A stretch of 64,000 nt of DNA from an uncultured cyanobacterium (GCA_963740315.1 CAVUDP010000002.1:992001-1056000); one strand, 5' to 3'. Positions 1-11,678 are shown, counted from the first letter of the stretch. Translations and numbers: made by a program. The notes: generated from the letters alone by a model not told the origin.

Positions 1-933
1 TGCGATCGCTCTTTTTCCATACTCTTGACTTACCTGTTGTAGTTCGAGACGCACTTCATCTTGATTTGAATCTGGCAGCCAATTAATAGTAACGGTTCCT
101 TTGTAGCCCGATTCGTGGAATATTCTCGCGCCCCAAGCGGAAAGTTTTAACACCGCTGGACCACTTAAACCCCAGTGAGTAATTAATAACGGTCCAGTTT
201 GTTCTAATTGCGGTTTTCCCGGTACTGTTAAACGTAGCTGTACGGGATTAACGCTAACACCAGCTAACGATCGCAATTCTTTATCTAAAATATTGAAGGT
301 AAATAAAGAAGGAACGATTGGTTCTACTTGATGACCTAATTTCTTGGCGATTCTGTAACCTACTGGGTTGCTACCAGTTGCCAGCAGTAGTTTATCGCAA
401 TGTAAAATTTCCCCAGATTTAAGTAAAATCTCGAATCTGGATTTACCTTCATCATCTGCAAAAATATGAGAATTGTCTTCTGTTTCTTCTAATTCTTCTA
501 ATTGTTGAGACTTTACCCAAACTACAGGTGAACCCGTGCGAATTTGTACCCTATAGGAAGAAGCAGTTTTTATCAAACAATCTACAATCGTTTCCGAACT
601 ATCTGTAATTGGAAACATCCGTCCATCAGCTTCAGTTTTTAACTGCACCCCTTCAGATGCGAACCAATCAACAGTATCTTGAGCTTGGAAGCGAGAAAAA
701 GCGCCTAATAAAGCTTTTGAACCTCTAGGATAATTTTGGATAAAACCCTTGGTATCGAAAAGAGCGTGAGTGACATTACAACGTCCCCCACCAGAAATAC
801 GAACCTTCGCCAGTAGCTGACGACTGGCTTCGAGTAAGATAATAGAGGCATTCTCATTAGTTTTAGCAGCTGATATCGCCGCAAAAAAACCCGCAGCCCC
901 ACCGCCAACAATTACAATTTTTAATGGTTGCAA
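1..933 (-). CDS. NAD(P)/FAD-dependent oxidoreductase, HI0933/BaiN family (3' end runs off the window)
   Basis: Not in the ORF track. Read manually from TTG at 933: LQPLKIVIVGGGAAGFFAAI...KVRISGGGRCNVT...GRMFP...LITHWGLSGP, the HI0933 family motifs. Confidence 0.9.
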   Translation of the reverse strand, partial: MQPLKIVIVGGGAAGFFAAISAAKTNENASIILLEASRQLLAKVRISGGGRCNVTHALFDTKGFIQNYPRGSKALLGAFSRFQAQDTVDWFASEGVQLKTEADGRMFPITDSSETIVDCLIKTASSYRVQIRTGSPVVWVKSQQLEELEETEDNSHIFADDEGKSRFEILLKSGEILHCDKLLLATGSNPVGYRIAKKLGHQVEPIVPSLFTFNILDKELRSLAGVSVNPVQLRLTVPGKPQLEQTGPLLITHWGLSGPAVLKLSAWGARIFHESGYKGTVTINWLPDSNQDEVRLELQQVSQEYGKRAIA

Positions 934-1148
934 GTTCCGAACTATTTATAAACGAATTGGATACAACGATTTAAAAAATAAAAGTTCTTCATTCATTTAT
1001 TTTTATGCGTAGCTAATCTAGTTCAAGTTTCTATGCGCTTATAGAAGTGCCACATTAATAGATTACTACAACACAATGCAAATCAAACTACTTTTCCGAC
1101 CTAAGAACAAACTTATTATTCTTTATCATAAATAATTTAGATACTTAT

Positions 1149-1346
1149 CTAAAAACGCAACCAAGTTTTTTGAGCATAACTGAGAATTCCAAAAGCTATT
1201 GCGGCTAAAAACAATAGCAAAATAACACCTCCAGGAACAAAAGTCAGAATACCCAAACCTCTAAGAACCCATACAGCGATCGCAATACCGAGAAACGTCC
1301 CAAAAGCCTGGATTAATCTTTGATTCAATTTAGAAGATTGACTCAC
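1149..1346 (-). CDS. Small membrane protein (two predicted TM helices)
   Basis: 65-aa ORF with GTG start, upstream GAGG/AAGG and two hydrophobic segments. Confidence 0.7.
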   Translation of the reverse strand: MSQSSKLNQRLIQAFGTFLGIAIAVWVLRGLGILTFVPGGVILLLFLAAIAFGILSYAQKTWLRF

Positions 1347-1417
1347 CTTATATGCCTCTTAAATCAATAGTGCTTAAGACATTCTAGCTATTTAAACAGT
1401 TATCAGTAATTAGTTAG

Positions 1418-1545
1418 GAGTTAAGAGTTAAGAGTTAAGAGTTAAGAGTTAATAGTTAATAATTATCCCCCCATCTCCCCCCTCTCCCCATCTCCCCATC
1501 TCCCCCTTGCCCCATCTCCCCCTTGCCCCCTCTCCCCCCTCTCTC
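1418..1545. repeat. Short tandem repeat tract: (GAGTTAA)x5 followed by a CCCCATCT/CCCCCTCT tract
   Basis: Directly visible; STRR-type repeats of filamentous cyanobacteria. Confidence 0.9.
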
Positions 1546-1760
1546 TTACTTTTATCAACATCATCTCTTCACAAATTCAGTGATAATAGTGACATATTTT
1601 TGGGTAAATTTTGGGAATAATATACTAGATACACAGCTAGTTCCGGAACGCTTGTATAGTCAACTGGAACTAGAATTATTGAATAAGCCTCTATTTAACT
1701 GTAGAGTCTGTATTCATTATTCAAGTGTAGTGTGGAATATTTAGGAGCGAGGGAAACATT

Positions 1761-2318
1761 ATGTCTGCGTCTTTTTTCTCAGGCTTAATTAATACGGGTT
1801 CGGATATGGCTTGGAATCAAAACAAGCAAGCAGCATTGCTTAGCGGTGAAATTTTAGTAGAAACACATTCTCATACTGCTTGGGGTGGGTGTGTTAGCGC
1901 CAAAATGTATTTACCACTGATACGTTCGCAAGTTTGGCAGCAGATAACGGATTATCCACGTTGGGTGCAGTATTTCCCTGATATTACTCAGAGTGAAATT
2001 ATACACAAAGGTGATGTTAAACGTCTGTATCAGGCAGCACAAAAAGCGTTTATGTTTTTTACGGCGAAAGTAGATATTTATTTGAATGTAGTAGAAGATT
2101 TAGGACATAAAGTCCAGTTTAAACTGGATAAAGGAACTTTTCACGATTTCAGTGCGGATATCGATTTACAAGATTGCGGTAGCGGTACTTTATTAACTTA
2201 TTCAGTACAGGCTACTCCTTTAATCCCCATACCTTCAATGTTTATTCAACAAGCGATGAATTTTGAATTGCCTGCTAATATGCGTAAAATGCGACAAGTC
2301 CTTTGTAAGGGAATGTAA
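1761..2318 (+). CDS. SRPBCC/START (polyketide cyclase-like) family protein
   Basis: VWQQITDYPRWVQYFPDI motif; RBS AGGAG/GAGG upstream. Confidence 0.8.
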   Translation: MSASFFSGLINTGSDMAWNQNKQAALLSGEILVETHSHTAWGGCVSAKMYLPLIRSQVWQQITDYPRWVQYFPDITQSEIIHKGDVKRLYQAAQKAFMFFTAKVDIYLNVVEDLGHKVQFKLDKGTFHDFSADIDLQDCGSGTLLTYSVQATPLIPIPSMFIQQAMNFELPANMRKMRQVLCKGM

Positions 2319-2323
2319 AAGCG

Positions 2324-2899
2324 ATGTCACAGGCAAATGAAATTCTCGACTTTTGGTTTGGTAAGCAGGATGAGCCAGACTACGGTAAGTCTAGAAAATC
2401 TTGGTTTGCGAAAGAACCAGAGTTTGATGAAGAACTACGAAGATGTTTTATTACAGATTACGAAAAGGCAGCAGGAGGACACTTAGATGAATGGAAAGAT
2501 TCACCATCCGACTGTTTAGCTTTGATCTTGCTGCTGGATCAATTTCCGAGAAATATTTTTCGTGAAACTCCCCAAGCTTTCGCTACCGATTGGGAAGCAC
2601 TCTCAACCGCACATCAGGCGATCGCACAAGGTTATGACGTACAATTATTAAACGTACAGCGTTGGTTTGTGTATTTACCTTTTGTACACAGCGAAAATAT
2701 CGAACACCAGCGTAAAGCGGTAAAGCTATTTCAAAAACTTAGTGGAGACAGGGATAGTGCCAGCGCGATTGAAAACGCAATCCGCCATAGGTCGGTAATT
2801 GAACGTTTTGGGCGCTTTCCCCATCGCAATATAATTTTAGGACGACCTTCAACTCCTGAAGAAAAGGAGTTTTTGAAAGAACCGGGAGCGCGATTTTAA
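2324..2899 (+). CDS. DUF924 family protein
   Basis: EILDFWFG, LLDQFPRN, YLPFVHSE and FGRFPHRN motifs. Confidence 0.9.
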   Translation: MSQANEILDFWFGKQDEPDYGKSRKSWFAKEPEFDEELRRCFITDYEKAAGGHLDEWKDSPSDCLALILLLDQFPRNIFRETPQAFATDWEALSTAHQAIAQGYDVQLLNVQRWFVYLPFVHSENIEHQRKAVKLFQKLSGDRDSASAIENAIRHRSVIERFGRFPHRNIILGRPSTPEEKEFLKEPGARF

Positions 2900-3250
2900 T
2901 CGCAATTTATTAAGACACAAAGACGTAATATCAAATCGATTCGCGTCTTTGTGTTTTAGTCGAATTTTTTCCATCGAAGCGAGACAAAATTGAAATTTTA
3001 TTTTTGTAAATGCAATCTCTAAATATTTAACAGTTAAATTCAAAAATAGTATGAGTTTTAAGGTAAAACAATAAAAGCTAGATATATAAAATTTTTACTA
3101 TTTACTCTTTAACAAAATATATCACTTGTTGAGTAAATAATAAAATTATGAAAGATAATATATTTAACGTTAATAAGAGGTATTTTTATATTTTAATTAG
3201 AACTTAAATTAGAACTTAAATTAAAACTTAATACCCTAAAGCACAACTTA

Positions 3251-3487
3251 TTAACGTAAATTATAAGAATTATTAGAAACTGTCGCTCCCGTATCAAACA
3301 AAACTTCATTTAACTCTGGCTCGGTAAATTCATAGCCTAGAGTTGCGGCAAAATTAACTATCTTCGTTTTATCCCAATTCCAGACACCAAAGGTTCCTTT
3401 TACAGAACACTTTTTATAGTATTCTTCGTAAACTTCCTGATTTGCCATCAAATTTTCGTAGAAAGCATCAACCTGTTGTAATGACAT
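3251..3487 (-). CDS. Nif11-like leader-peptide family protein
   Basis: MSLQQVDAFYE...IVNFAATLGYEFTEPEL matches the Nif11 pattern; AGGAG RBS upstream. Confidence 0.7.
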   Translation of the reverse strand: MSLQQVDAFYENLMANQEVYEEYYKKCSVKGTFGVWNWDKTKIVNFAATLGYEFTEPELNEVLFDTGATVSNNSYNLR

Positions 3488-3517
3488 AAAAGCCGATCTC
3501 CTGACTCGCGTGACTTA

Positions 3518-3558
3518 ATTATAAAAAACTACATACCTAAAGCTGTAGATTCCCTTAC
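3518..3558 (-). promoter_or_regulatory. Putative NtcA-activated promoter of the Nif11-like gene
   Basis: GTA-GATTCCCT-TAC at 3545-3558, 21-nt spacer, then TATAAT on the minus strand at 3523-3518. Confidence 0.65.
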
Positions 3559-3842
3559 GGATAACTTCTTATTCATAGGTTGAAAGTAGTTACACGGATA
3601 AATTTGATAGATGCTCATGATAAAAATATTGTTCCGATACTACGACCAACCTTTGAAGCAGTTAAGAACAAAAACCCTGATGATACGTATTATTTTATTT
3701 ACGTATTGTCTGTCACGCCATGAGGAAATTACGTATTTCAGTTGCTAGTTACCAATTGGATATTGGGCATTAGGAATAGTTAGGAGTACTTCGACAAGCT
3801 CAGTAACCTTATTGAGTTAAGAGGTAAGAACTAACAATTTAT

Positions 3843-3922
3843 CCCCTTGTCACCTTGTCCCCATCTCCCTATCTCCCCATCTCCCTATCTCCCTATCTCC
3901 CCATCTCCCCATCCCCCCATCC
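3843..3922. repeat. CCC(C/T)ATCT octamer tandem repeat
   Basis: Directly visible just past the kinase stop codon. Confidence 0.85.
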
Positions 3923-3923
3923 C

Positions 3924-5633
3924 TCAATCACAAGGCTGTATCTGGTCCCAAAAAATCCAACCTTGATTACCATCGGAAAGTTTTATTTGTACAAAATCAC
4001 CTTGGGATTTGAGAAACAAAACTTTTTCTCCTTGATTCAATGCTTTAAATCCTTCGGCTTCCCTATAAGGTTGATGGCGTAATTCTGGTAATCTTGACAA
4101 CTCGGTGGGAGAAACAACGCGACACAGTTGGGGTTGTTGCGATAGCAAATTATTATGTTGCGAGTTGGTTTTACCCAAGTTACCAGCATTTACTAATGCA
4201 AATCCTCCAACACTAGCTATAACAGCAGCTACACCTATACTTTGTACTCCAATCAACGGTACATTTTTAAGCATGGGCAAGTTTAGCAAAGGTTTGCTCG
4301 GTAGAGAAGTAGTGGGGGGTTTTTCTAATTTACTGTTGATTTTCGGAAGCCGAGCAGTTTTAGTTATGGGTTGTTGTGCTTCAACTGCAAAATTTTTATT
4401 CTTGTAATCTACAGGAATATAGTTGTTGGGATACTTTTGGGAAGTAATGCCTTTAACTTTCAAATGCTGCCGTCCCAAGCGCAGTACGCTGGAAATAGAA
4501 AGTGGCATTTCTCCGGCTAAAAGTAATTGCCCGTCAAGAATAGGTGGATTTTTGTGACGCAGGTTTCGTAAATAAAATTTTTCTTTTTCTTGATTGAAAA
4601 ATATTTCTACATGTAGCGCGGATACTGTTGGTTCCGATAAAATCACGTCGCAATCTTGAGGATCGCGACCGATACGGATTTTTCCTGGGGTTTTAGTTAG
4701 GTGATTATTAGTGATTTTAAAAGTTTTAGTTTCGTTAGTTTCCTCCCACTCTAAGGTGAGTTCGTAGACATCATTATTAGTATTATTTTTAAAGACAGCG
4801 GGTTCTTCTAGAATTGGTAATTCTTTTAACGCTTGTATTACTTCATCTACATTTTGATAGCGCTCTTTAAAATGGTAGCGCGTCATTTTATTTAAAACTT
4901 TGGCAAATGCCGGATCTACTTCTCTAAGATGTTCCCAAAGTATTTCCCCGGTATTTGGATCGTCTTGAAGTTCGTAAGGATATACGCCAGTTAACGCCTG
5001 AATAGCTATCATTCCCAAAGCATAAATATCACTTCCTTGACGCGGTAAACGCCTAATTTGTTCGGAAGGCATATAGCCGCGAGTTCCTACAACCAATGTG
5101 ACATTTTGTTTTGGCGAATTAGTCGCCGTTTGAGAGCGTAATTGTTTGATTGCACCAAAGTCAATCAAGACCAACTTATTATCTGAACTACGTCTAATAA
5201 GATTATCCGGTTTGATGTCGCGGTGAATTACTCCTTGACTGTGAACAAATTGCAAAATTGACAATATTTCAGTCAAAATAGCGATAACTTGGCTTTGACT
5301 TAATTTACTTCCTTGGGGTAATTCTCTACTTAGAGAATGTCCTTCAATTAATTCTTGTACCAAATAAAATTGATTATTGTCATCAAAATAAGCTAGAAGT
5401 CTGGGAATTTGGTCGTGATTTCCCAACTGTTGTAATGTATCGGCTTCTTTTTGAAATAATCTTCTAGCTGCTTCTAAAGTTTCCGGTAAAGTACTAGTAG
5501 TCTTTAAATGCTTCAGAACGCATTTCGGTTTTCCGGGAAGGTGAATGTCTTCAGTAATATAAGTTTGTCCAAAGCCTCCTTCTGCTAATATTTGGAGAAC
5601 TTTGTAACGTCCTGCTAGTAACTGACCAATCAT
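3924..5633 (-). CDS. Ser/Thr protein kinase with FHA domain, TM helix and C-terminal SH3b-like domain
   Basis: GGFGQTY, HRDIKPDN and DFG kinase motifs; IGRDPQDCD...TVSALH...N (FHA); hydrophobic segment; VQIKLSDGNQGWI (SH3b). Start placed at ATG 5633. Confidence 0.9.
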   Translation of the reverse strand: MIGQLLAGRYKVLQILAEGGFGQTYITEDIHLPGKPKCVLKHLKTTSTLPETLEAARRLFQKEADTLQQLGNHDQIPRLLAYFDDNNQFYLVQELIEGHSLSRELPQGSKLSQSQVIAILTEILSILQFVHSQGVIHRDIKPDNLIRRSSDNKLVLIDFGAIKQLRSQTATNSPKQNVTLVVGTRGYMPSEQIRRLPRQGSDIYALGMIAIQALTGVYPYELQDDPNTGEILWEHLREVDPAFAKVLNKMTRYHFKERYQNVDEVIQALKELPILEEPAVFKNNTNNDVYELTLEWEETNETKTFKITNNHLTKTPGKIRIGRDPQDCDVILSEPTVSALHVEIFFNQEKEKFYLRNLRHKNPPILDGQLLLAGEMPLSISSVLRLGRQHLKVKGITSQKYPNNYIPVDYKNKNFAVEAQQPITKTARLPKINSKLEKPPTTSLPSKPLLNLPMLKNVPLIGVQSIGVAAVIASVGGFALVNAGNLGKTNSQHNNLLSQQPQLCRVVSPTELSRLPELRHQPYREAEGFKALNQGEKVLFLKSQGDFVQIKLSDGNQGWIFWDQIQPCD

Positions 5634-6628
5634 GCTATTACGGTGTTTAAAAAGTAATTTTACGCTCAAGAGTCTGATTTGTAACTGTATCAAATACTAT
5701 TTTCGTTTTTAGAGGCACAAGCGATCGGGAAGTTCTCTCCTATGCAAGTAAGTGGCGTGACTTTTAATTCTGAAATATCTGGAATCTAATTTTTCACGTA
5801 GCTACAAAAAAATGATGGCAGTAAAGTATATTTTTTACATTTACTGAATTTAACTCTATATAATTATTCAACATTTTAATTGGCTATCCTGATAACAGCT
5901 TGAATTAATGACTCTGTAATTTCATTCTTCTAAAAATAATTTTAAGCAAGCTGGTAAATAAATGAATAACAAATTTCAGGATAGGTTGTTGCCACTTTGG
6001 CAGTTATTTATAGAATCAATAAATTTGCTTTAAATACAGTTATTCATAACTATTGTTACATTTGTAGCAATAAAAATTAAGCACTGTATTCTAAGTAAAT
6101 TTATTTTTTATGTATTATTAATACTCCTCAAGAAAATTATACAAGAGTAGTTCGACAATTCAAGTTTTAGCCTAGTATTGAGCTATATGTCAATTTAGTT
6201 ATCTAGTTAACAAATAAGTTAGATAATCTCTGTTATCGTTCCTCATAAGCAGTTTGTATCTTAGCTATATTGACGGGTAAATATATATCTATTTGTAATT
6301 AATTCCGTTTTATTTATTGATAATTGGTGCTTTAGATAACTTTAAGTTTGGTTTCAATATCATATGTATTCTTTGGGTATTTAAGAGATTATTCATAATT
6401 TCAAAATAAAAACGATCGGGAGTTTTATTGGCGTAGATTTCGTTCTTAATTTGTCGTCCAGAACACTAAAAAGCAACGAAATTTATGATGATGCGTTGTG
6501 CTGTCGCAATAATACCACCCTACTGTTACTAATGAAAATCCTGTAGAGTTCTTCCTATAACTATAAATAAACAAATTACTATATAAGTTATTAAACATGC
6601 AGACCTTTAACCTTTAACCTAAAAAAAA

Positions 6629-6651
6629 CCCAGTTTCTTAATGAAACTGGG
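6629..6651 (-). terminator. Intrinsic terminator of clpB
   Basis: CCCAGTTTC-N5-GAAACTGGG hairpin with an A8 run at 6621-6628 (U-tract on the minus strand). Confidence 0.8.
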
Positions 6652-6685
6652 CAGGCCCTACGCCTTAATTAAAATGTGCAGCGGA

Positions 6686-9304
6686 TTACATTGCAACTAA
6701 CTCTGCGGGAACGAGCTTAAAAACAAGCCGCTCGTTTTCTACATCGACAAAGATAGTATCGCCGTCGTTGAATTCACCGCGCAAAATGGATTTAGCAATT
6801 TGAGTTTCTAATTCGCGCTGAATCGCACGTTTTAACGGACGCGCACCGTATACCGGATCGTATCCGACTTCTGCTAAAAAGTCTAAAGCAGCATCGGAAA
6901 GCTTCAAAGACATTTTGCGATCGGCTAATCGATGACGCAATCTTTCCACTTGCAACTGGACAATCTGGCGTAATTCCGCTTTATCCAAAGCATGGAAGAA
7001 GATTATTTCATCAATACGGTTGAGAAATTCTGGACGAAAACTATTTCGCATCGCTTCCATAACTCGGCTACGCATTTCTTCATAACGAGAATTATCTCCA
7101 GCAACATCAAGGATAAATTGGGAACCGATGTTACTCGTCATGATGATAATCGTGTTTTTGAAGTCCACCGTGCGTCCTTGAGAATCGGTAACTCGTCCGT
7201 CATCAAGGATTTGCAGCATGATGTTAAACACATCCGGGTGAGCTTTTTCGATTTCGTCGAAGAGAATTACCGCGTAGGGACGACGACGGATAGCTTCGGT
7301 AAGTTGTCCGCCTTCTTCGTAACCAACATATCCCGGAGGCGCACCAAGCAAGCGAGAAACGGCGTGTTTTTCCATGTATTCCGACATATCAATCCGCACC
7401 ATCGCTTCTTCGGTGTCGAACATATAGGAAGCTAAAGCTTTAGCCAATTCGGTTTTACCAACACCTGTAGGACCGAGGAAAATAAACGAAGCTATGGGAC
7501 GATTGGGATCGGCAAGTCCCGCACGGGAACGCTGTATGGCATCGGCGATCGCAGTTACTGCTTCATCTTGTCCGACGACGCGGTTGTGCAATTCATCTTC
7601 AAGATTTAATAATTTCTCTTTCTCGGATTCCACTAATTTGCTGATGGGGATACCCGTCCATTTGGAAATAACTTCCGCAATATCAGCTTCGGTGACTTCT
7701 TCCCGTAACAGAGATTTACCGCTGTGCTGCGCTTGAGAAAGTTCGGTTTCAGCAGCTTCTAATTGACGATGCAAATCGGTTAACTTGCCGTATTTCAACT
7801 CAGCAGCCCGATTCAGGTCGTAATCACGCTCTGCCTGCTGAATTTCTACGTTAACTCGATCAATTTCCTCTTTAACCGACTGAATTTTGGTAATTACGTC
7901 TTTTTCCGACTGCCATTGACTGCTAAGGGCACGCTGTTCTTCTTTGAAATCGGCAAGTTCTTTTTCTAACCTTTCCAAACGTTCGCGAGATGCCGTATCG
8001 CTTTCTTTTTGCAGCGATAGCTTCTCCATTTCCAATTGCAGAATCTTGCGATCGATTTCGTCTAATTCTTCTGGTTTAGAAGTAATTTCCATTTTTAGAC
8101 GTGCTGCGGCTTCATCTACTAGATCGATCGCTTTATCGGGTAAAAAGCGATCGGTAATATAACGGTTAGATAAAGTAGCAGCCGCCACCAAAGAACTATC
8201 GGCAATTCTTACCCCGTGGTGGACTTCATACCGTTCCTTCAAACCGCGAAGAATCGAAACAGTATCTTCTACACTGGGTTGACCGACGTAAACTTGTTGG
8301 AAGCGTCTTTCTAAAGCCGCATCCTTTTCAATATATTTACGATATTCATCTAAAGTTGTCGCACCAATACAGCGCAATTCACCCCGCGCTAACATCGGCT
8401 TGAGCAAATTACCCGCATCCATCGCGCCTTGAGTCGCACCAGCGCCGACAACGGTATGAATTTCGTCAATAAATAGAACAATATGACCTTGAGATTCGGT
8501 AACTTCTTTCAATACAGCCTTGAGACGTTCCTCAAACTCACCTCGGAACTTCGCACCTGCAATCAAAGCACCCATATCCAAAGCTATCAGCTTGCGATCC
8601 TTAAGCGATTGCGGCACATCACCCGCCAAAATTCGCTGCGCCAAACCTTCAGCGATCGCAGTTTTACCAACACCAGGTTCGCCAATTAATACGGGGTTAT
8701 TTTTAGTCCGACGTGACAAAATCTGAATAGTACGACGAATTTCATCATCGCGTCCAATTACGGGATCAAGTTTACCTTCACTAGCAGCTTGAGTTAAGTC
8801 ACGCCCGTATTTTTCCAGAGATTGATATTTACCTTCTGGATTTTGGTCAGTCACTTTTTGACTCCCCCTAATTTGCTTAATAGTTTCTTTTAATTTCCTT
8901 TCATCTATGCCATTTTCTCGGAACAGAGTTTTACCCAAACGGTCATCCCTGGCATAGGCTAGCAATAAATGCTCGATCGAAATATATTCGTCGCCAAACT
9001 CCTTACGGTAGCCATCCGCTCGGTCTAAAAGCGTATCCAAGCTGCGTCCCAAGTATACAGAGCTACTGTTACCCGATACCTTTGGTTGACTTTTGATAAA
9101 CTCTTCGGCACGCTGCTTGATTTTAGTCGGATTCGCACCCACCTTAGTAAAAATAGGTGCAGCCAATCCATCTTGTTCCAGCAGCGCCTTCATCAAATGT
9201 TCGCTTTCAATCTGCTGCTGTTGATATTCTTTTGCAATCTCAGGAGTATGGGTAATAGCCTCCCAAGCTTTTTCGGTAAATTGATTTGGATTAGTTGGTT
9301 GCAT
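6686..9304 (-). CDS. clpB: ATP-dependent chaperone ClpB
   Basis: 872 aa; two AAA+ modules ([16 protein letters not shown]) and the coiled-coil M domain. Confidence 0.98.
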   Translation of the reverse strand: MQPTNPNQFTEKAWEAITHTPEIAKEYQQQQIESEHLMKALLEQDGLAAPIFTKVGANPTKIKQRAEEFIKSQPKVSGNSSSVYLGRSLDTLLDRADGYRKEFGDEYISIEHLLLAYARDDRLGKTLFRENGIDERKLKETIKQIRGSQKVTDQNPEGKYQSLEKYGRDLTQAASEGKLDPVIGRDDEIRRTIQILSRRTKNNPVLIGEPGVGKTAIAEGLAQRILAGDVPQSLKDRKLIALDMGALIAGAKFRGEFEERLKAVLKEVTESQGHIVLFIDEIHTVVGAGATQGAMDAGNLLKPMLARGELRCIGATTLDEYRKYIEKDAALERRFQQVYVGQPSVEDTVSILRGLKERYEVHHGVRIADSSLVAAATLSNRYITDRFLPDKAIDLVDEAAARLKMEITSKPEELDEIDRKILQLEMEKLSLQKESDTASRERLERLEKELADFKEEQRALSSQWQSEKDVITKIQSVKEEIDRVNVEIQQAERDYDLNRAAELKYGKLTDLHRQLEAAETELSQAQHSGKSLLREEVTEADIAEVISKWTGIPISKLVESEKEKLLNLEDELHNRVVGQDEAVTAIADAIQRSRAGLADPNRPIASFIFLGPTGVGKTELAKALASYMFDTEEAMVRIDMSEYMEKHAVSRLLGAPPGYVGYEEGGQLTEAIRRRPYAVILFDEIEKAHPDVFNIMLQILDDGRVTDSQGRTVDFKNTIIIMTSNIGSQFILDVAGDNSRYEEMRSRVMEAMRNSFRPEFLNRIDEIIFFHALDKAELRQIVQLQVERLRHRLADRKMSLKLSDAALDFLAEVGYDPVYGARPLKRAIQRELETQIAKSILRGEFNDGDTIFVDVENERLVFKLVPAELVAM

Positions 9305-9446
9305 AGGTTTTGTAAAAAAGTTAACAACTTGATTACTACAAAAAAATTAAAAATAAACAATTCTTTCTATAAAACATTCTAAAAAAAGTTATGCATCTTA
9401 CAAGATCGGTGTTCACCCCTCATTTAGTGGTATTTCCCTAAATTCA

Positions 9447-9560
9447 GGTCAAAGGTTAAAGGTTAAAGGTTAAAGGTTAAAGGTTAAAGGTTAAAATTCC
9501 CCTTGTCTCCCCATCTCCCCATCTCCCCCTCTCCCCCCTCTCCCCCATCCCCATCCCCAT
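9447..9560. repeat. (AAAGGTT)n heptamers followed by a C-rich tract
   Basis: Directly visible. Confidence 0.9.
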
Positions 9561-9598
9561 ACCGAGCTAACATAACTATGAGAATAGGGCAGCAAGAA

Positions 9599-9856
9599 AT
9601 GGCTAAAAAACAGAAATTTCCTTATTTACTAGGATCTAAATGGACATCTGGGCAAAAAATCGACGGTTGGCGACACTTTCAAGTTATCAACCGCAAAAAT
9701 CAAGGTAAGTGGGTATATGCAGAAATGGTCGCTTCTTGCGATAGTACGGTTCGTTTCTGGATTAACGCCAAATTATTACAAGACCGTTCAAATTGGCAAC
9801 CGGGTTGGCAATCTTTACAAGAAATGGCGCAAGTTAAGGAAGAAAATGCTTGTTGA
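9599..9856 (+). CDS. TIGR02450-family Trp-rich protein
   Basis: GSKWT...GWRHFQV...NWQPGW. Start moved to ATG 9599 because the longer N-terminus is repeat-derived. Confidence 0.8.
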   Translation: MAKKQKFPYLLGSKWTSGQKIDGWRHFQVINRKNQGKWVYAEMVASCDSTVRFWINAKLLQDRSNWQPGWQSLQEMAQVKEENAC

Positions 9857-10777
9857 TTTAGAAAAGTTGAAAATTTAGCTAAAAACTTGACGCTAAGTTT
9901 AGTTGCGATCGCATTACTTGCTGCAATATAAATCATTAACGAAAAGCTTAAATCCTAAGCTTTTTTTTATATTTACATTGTGATTATTGTGAGTAAGATT
10001 AGTTTTGAATCGATTTAGATGTCAAATTCTCAAAAAATTACTCGATTTTCCTAAATGTGATTATTTTTAACAAACAGTGAATTTAACTCCGCTTCATGTG
10101 AAATCATTATTCCATAAGCTTTTGCATTAAAAACTTTTACCAACTACCGTCAAAATAATTTAGCGGCATTTGGGTAGAGTACTTAATTAACTTTTTTTTG
10201 TGAAGAAACCGAGTTTTTACTTAGGTGCGGAGCAAGCTAAAAAGCTTATAAATTATTGGTATACGAGCTTTTTGAGGTTTATAGATATTTTCACTCATAG
10301 TACTGAGAAAATATCTTTAACTCAGTGCTAATACTTAACATCTTTGAATAACCCTATTTTGATTTGAGAATTAACGTAGAAAGATTTACGTAATATATGC
10401 TCGTAACTCCCTTTCAATCCGGCTGTAGTCCGATTCTATATTGCTTGTGAATTTTTTCGGATGAAAGGCATATATATCAATTATTTTAGCTCTTTTTGTG
10501 TATTGTAACTAATTGTATATAAATAATTAAATAAAACCTATTATTAAGTTAATTTAAACATTGCTAGACTTTTGTAGATAATAGTGTCTTAAATAGTAAT
10601 TAACGAACTGTATTTCTAAGCAATAAACCGCGTTACAACTTCAGAGCTTTATCGTTTTGGTTGTAAGTTGGATATTAACGAGTAAAAATGACCATTCCAT
10701 TAAAACCCTTTGTCTGTCTGGGTAAAGGAAAGTGTTTGAGTCAAAAGTTTGAAATGAAACTATAAGAGGCAATTCAA

Positions 10778-11644
10778 GTGAGATTAGCAGTTTACGGAAA
10801 AGGCGGAATCGGTAAATCCACAACCAGTTGTAATATTTCTGTTGCCTTAGCCAAGCGTGGTAAAAAAGTTCTACAAATTGGCTGCGACCCCAAACATGAT
10901 AGTACTTTCACCTTGACAGGATTTCTGATTCCGACAATCATTGATACCTTGCAAGAAAAGGATTTTCATTACGAAGATATTTGGCCCGAAGATGTAATTT
11001 ATAAGGGCTATGGCGGAGTAGATTGTGTAGAAGCAGGCGGACCTCCAGCAGGTGCGGGATGTGGCGGTTACGTTGTTGGAGAAACCGTAAAACTACTCAA
11101 GGAACTCAACGCCTTTGATGAGTATGATGTAATATTGTTCGACGTTCTTGGTGACGTGGTTTGTGGTGGTTTTGCAGCACCGCTCAACTATGCCGATTAT
11201 TGTTTAATTGTTACTGACAACGGCTTTGATGCTTTATTTGCTGCTAACCGTATTGCCGCTTCCGTCAGAGAAAAAGCCCGGACTCATCCATTGCGATTGG
11301 CGGGTTTGATTGGCAACCGCACCTCAAAACGCGATTTAATTGAAAAATATATTGAATCCGTCCCCATGCCAGTTTTAGAAGTTCTACCTTTGATAGAAGA
11401 TATCCGTGTTTCCCGAGTCAAAGGTAAGACTTTGTTTGAAATGGCGGAGACAGAACCGGACTTAAACTTCGTTTGCGACTATTATCTCAGTATTGCCGAC
11501 CAGCTTTTGGCGCGTCCCGAGGGAGTAGTTCCACAGGATTGTCCAGACCGAGAACTGTTCTCATTGTTATCAGATTTTTATCTAAATCCGAGTAAACCAC
11601 AGGTTCCTAATCCCGAAGAGCAATTAGACTTGATGATTGTATAA
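10778..11644 (+). CDS. chlL: Light-independent protochlorophyllide reductase iron protein
   Basis: [25 protein letters not shown] and DVVCGGF motifs. Confidence 0.97.
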   Translation: MRLAVYGKGGIGKSTTSCNISVALAKRGKKVLQIGCDPKHDSTFTLTGFLIPTIIDTLQEKDFHYEDIWPEDVIYKGYGGVDCVEAGGPPAGAGCGGYVVGETVKLLKELNAFDEYDVILFDVLGDVVCGGFAAPLNYADYCLIVTDNGFDALFAANRIAASVREKARTHPLRLAGLIGNRTSKRDLIEKYIESVPMPVLEVLPLIEDIRVSRVKGKTLFEMAETEPDLNFVCDYYLSIADQLLARPEGVVPQDCPDRELFSLLSDFYLNPSKPQVPNPEEQLDLMIV

Positions 11645-11678
11645 ATCATTAGTTTATTTCTCAGGATGAGGAGATAAA

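Noticed and set aside
705..911. 68-aa ORF in the track
   Set aside because: Alternative frame inside the HI0933-family gene.
1523..1744. Pro/Ser-rich ORFs or N-terminal extensions (also 3855-4082, 9503-9598, 58764-58898)
   Set aside because: These are translations of CCCCATCT repeat tracts.
5634..6620. Hidden gene or ncRNA in the 1-kb AT-rich gap
   Set aside because: No ORF, repeat or convincing structure found by eye.
6992..9382. Antisense ORFs within clpB, and similar shadows over deoC, gpmI, prfA, secY and r-protein genes
   Set aside because: Opposite-strand shadows of conserved genes with no motifs of their own.
10376..10389. GTA-N8-TAC upstream of chlL
   Set aside because: No correctly spaced -10 element; the motif is frequent by chance in AT-rich DNA.
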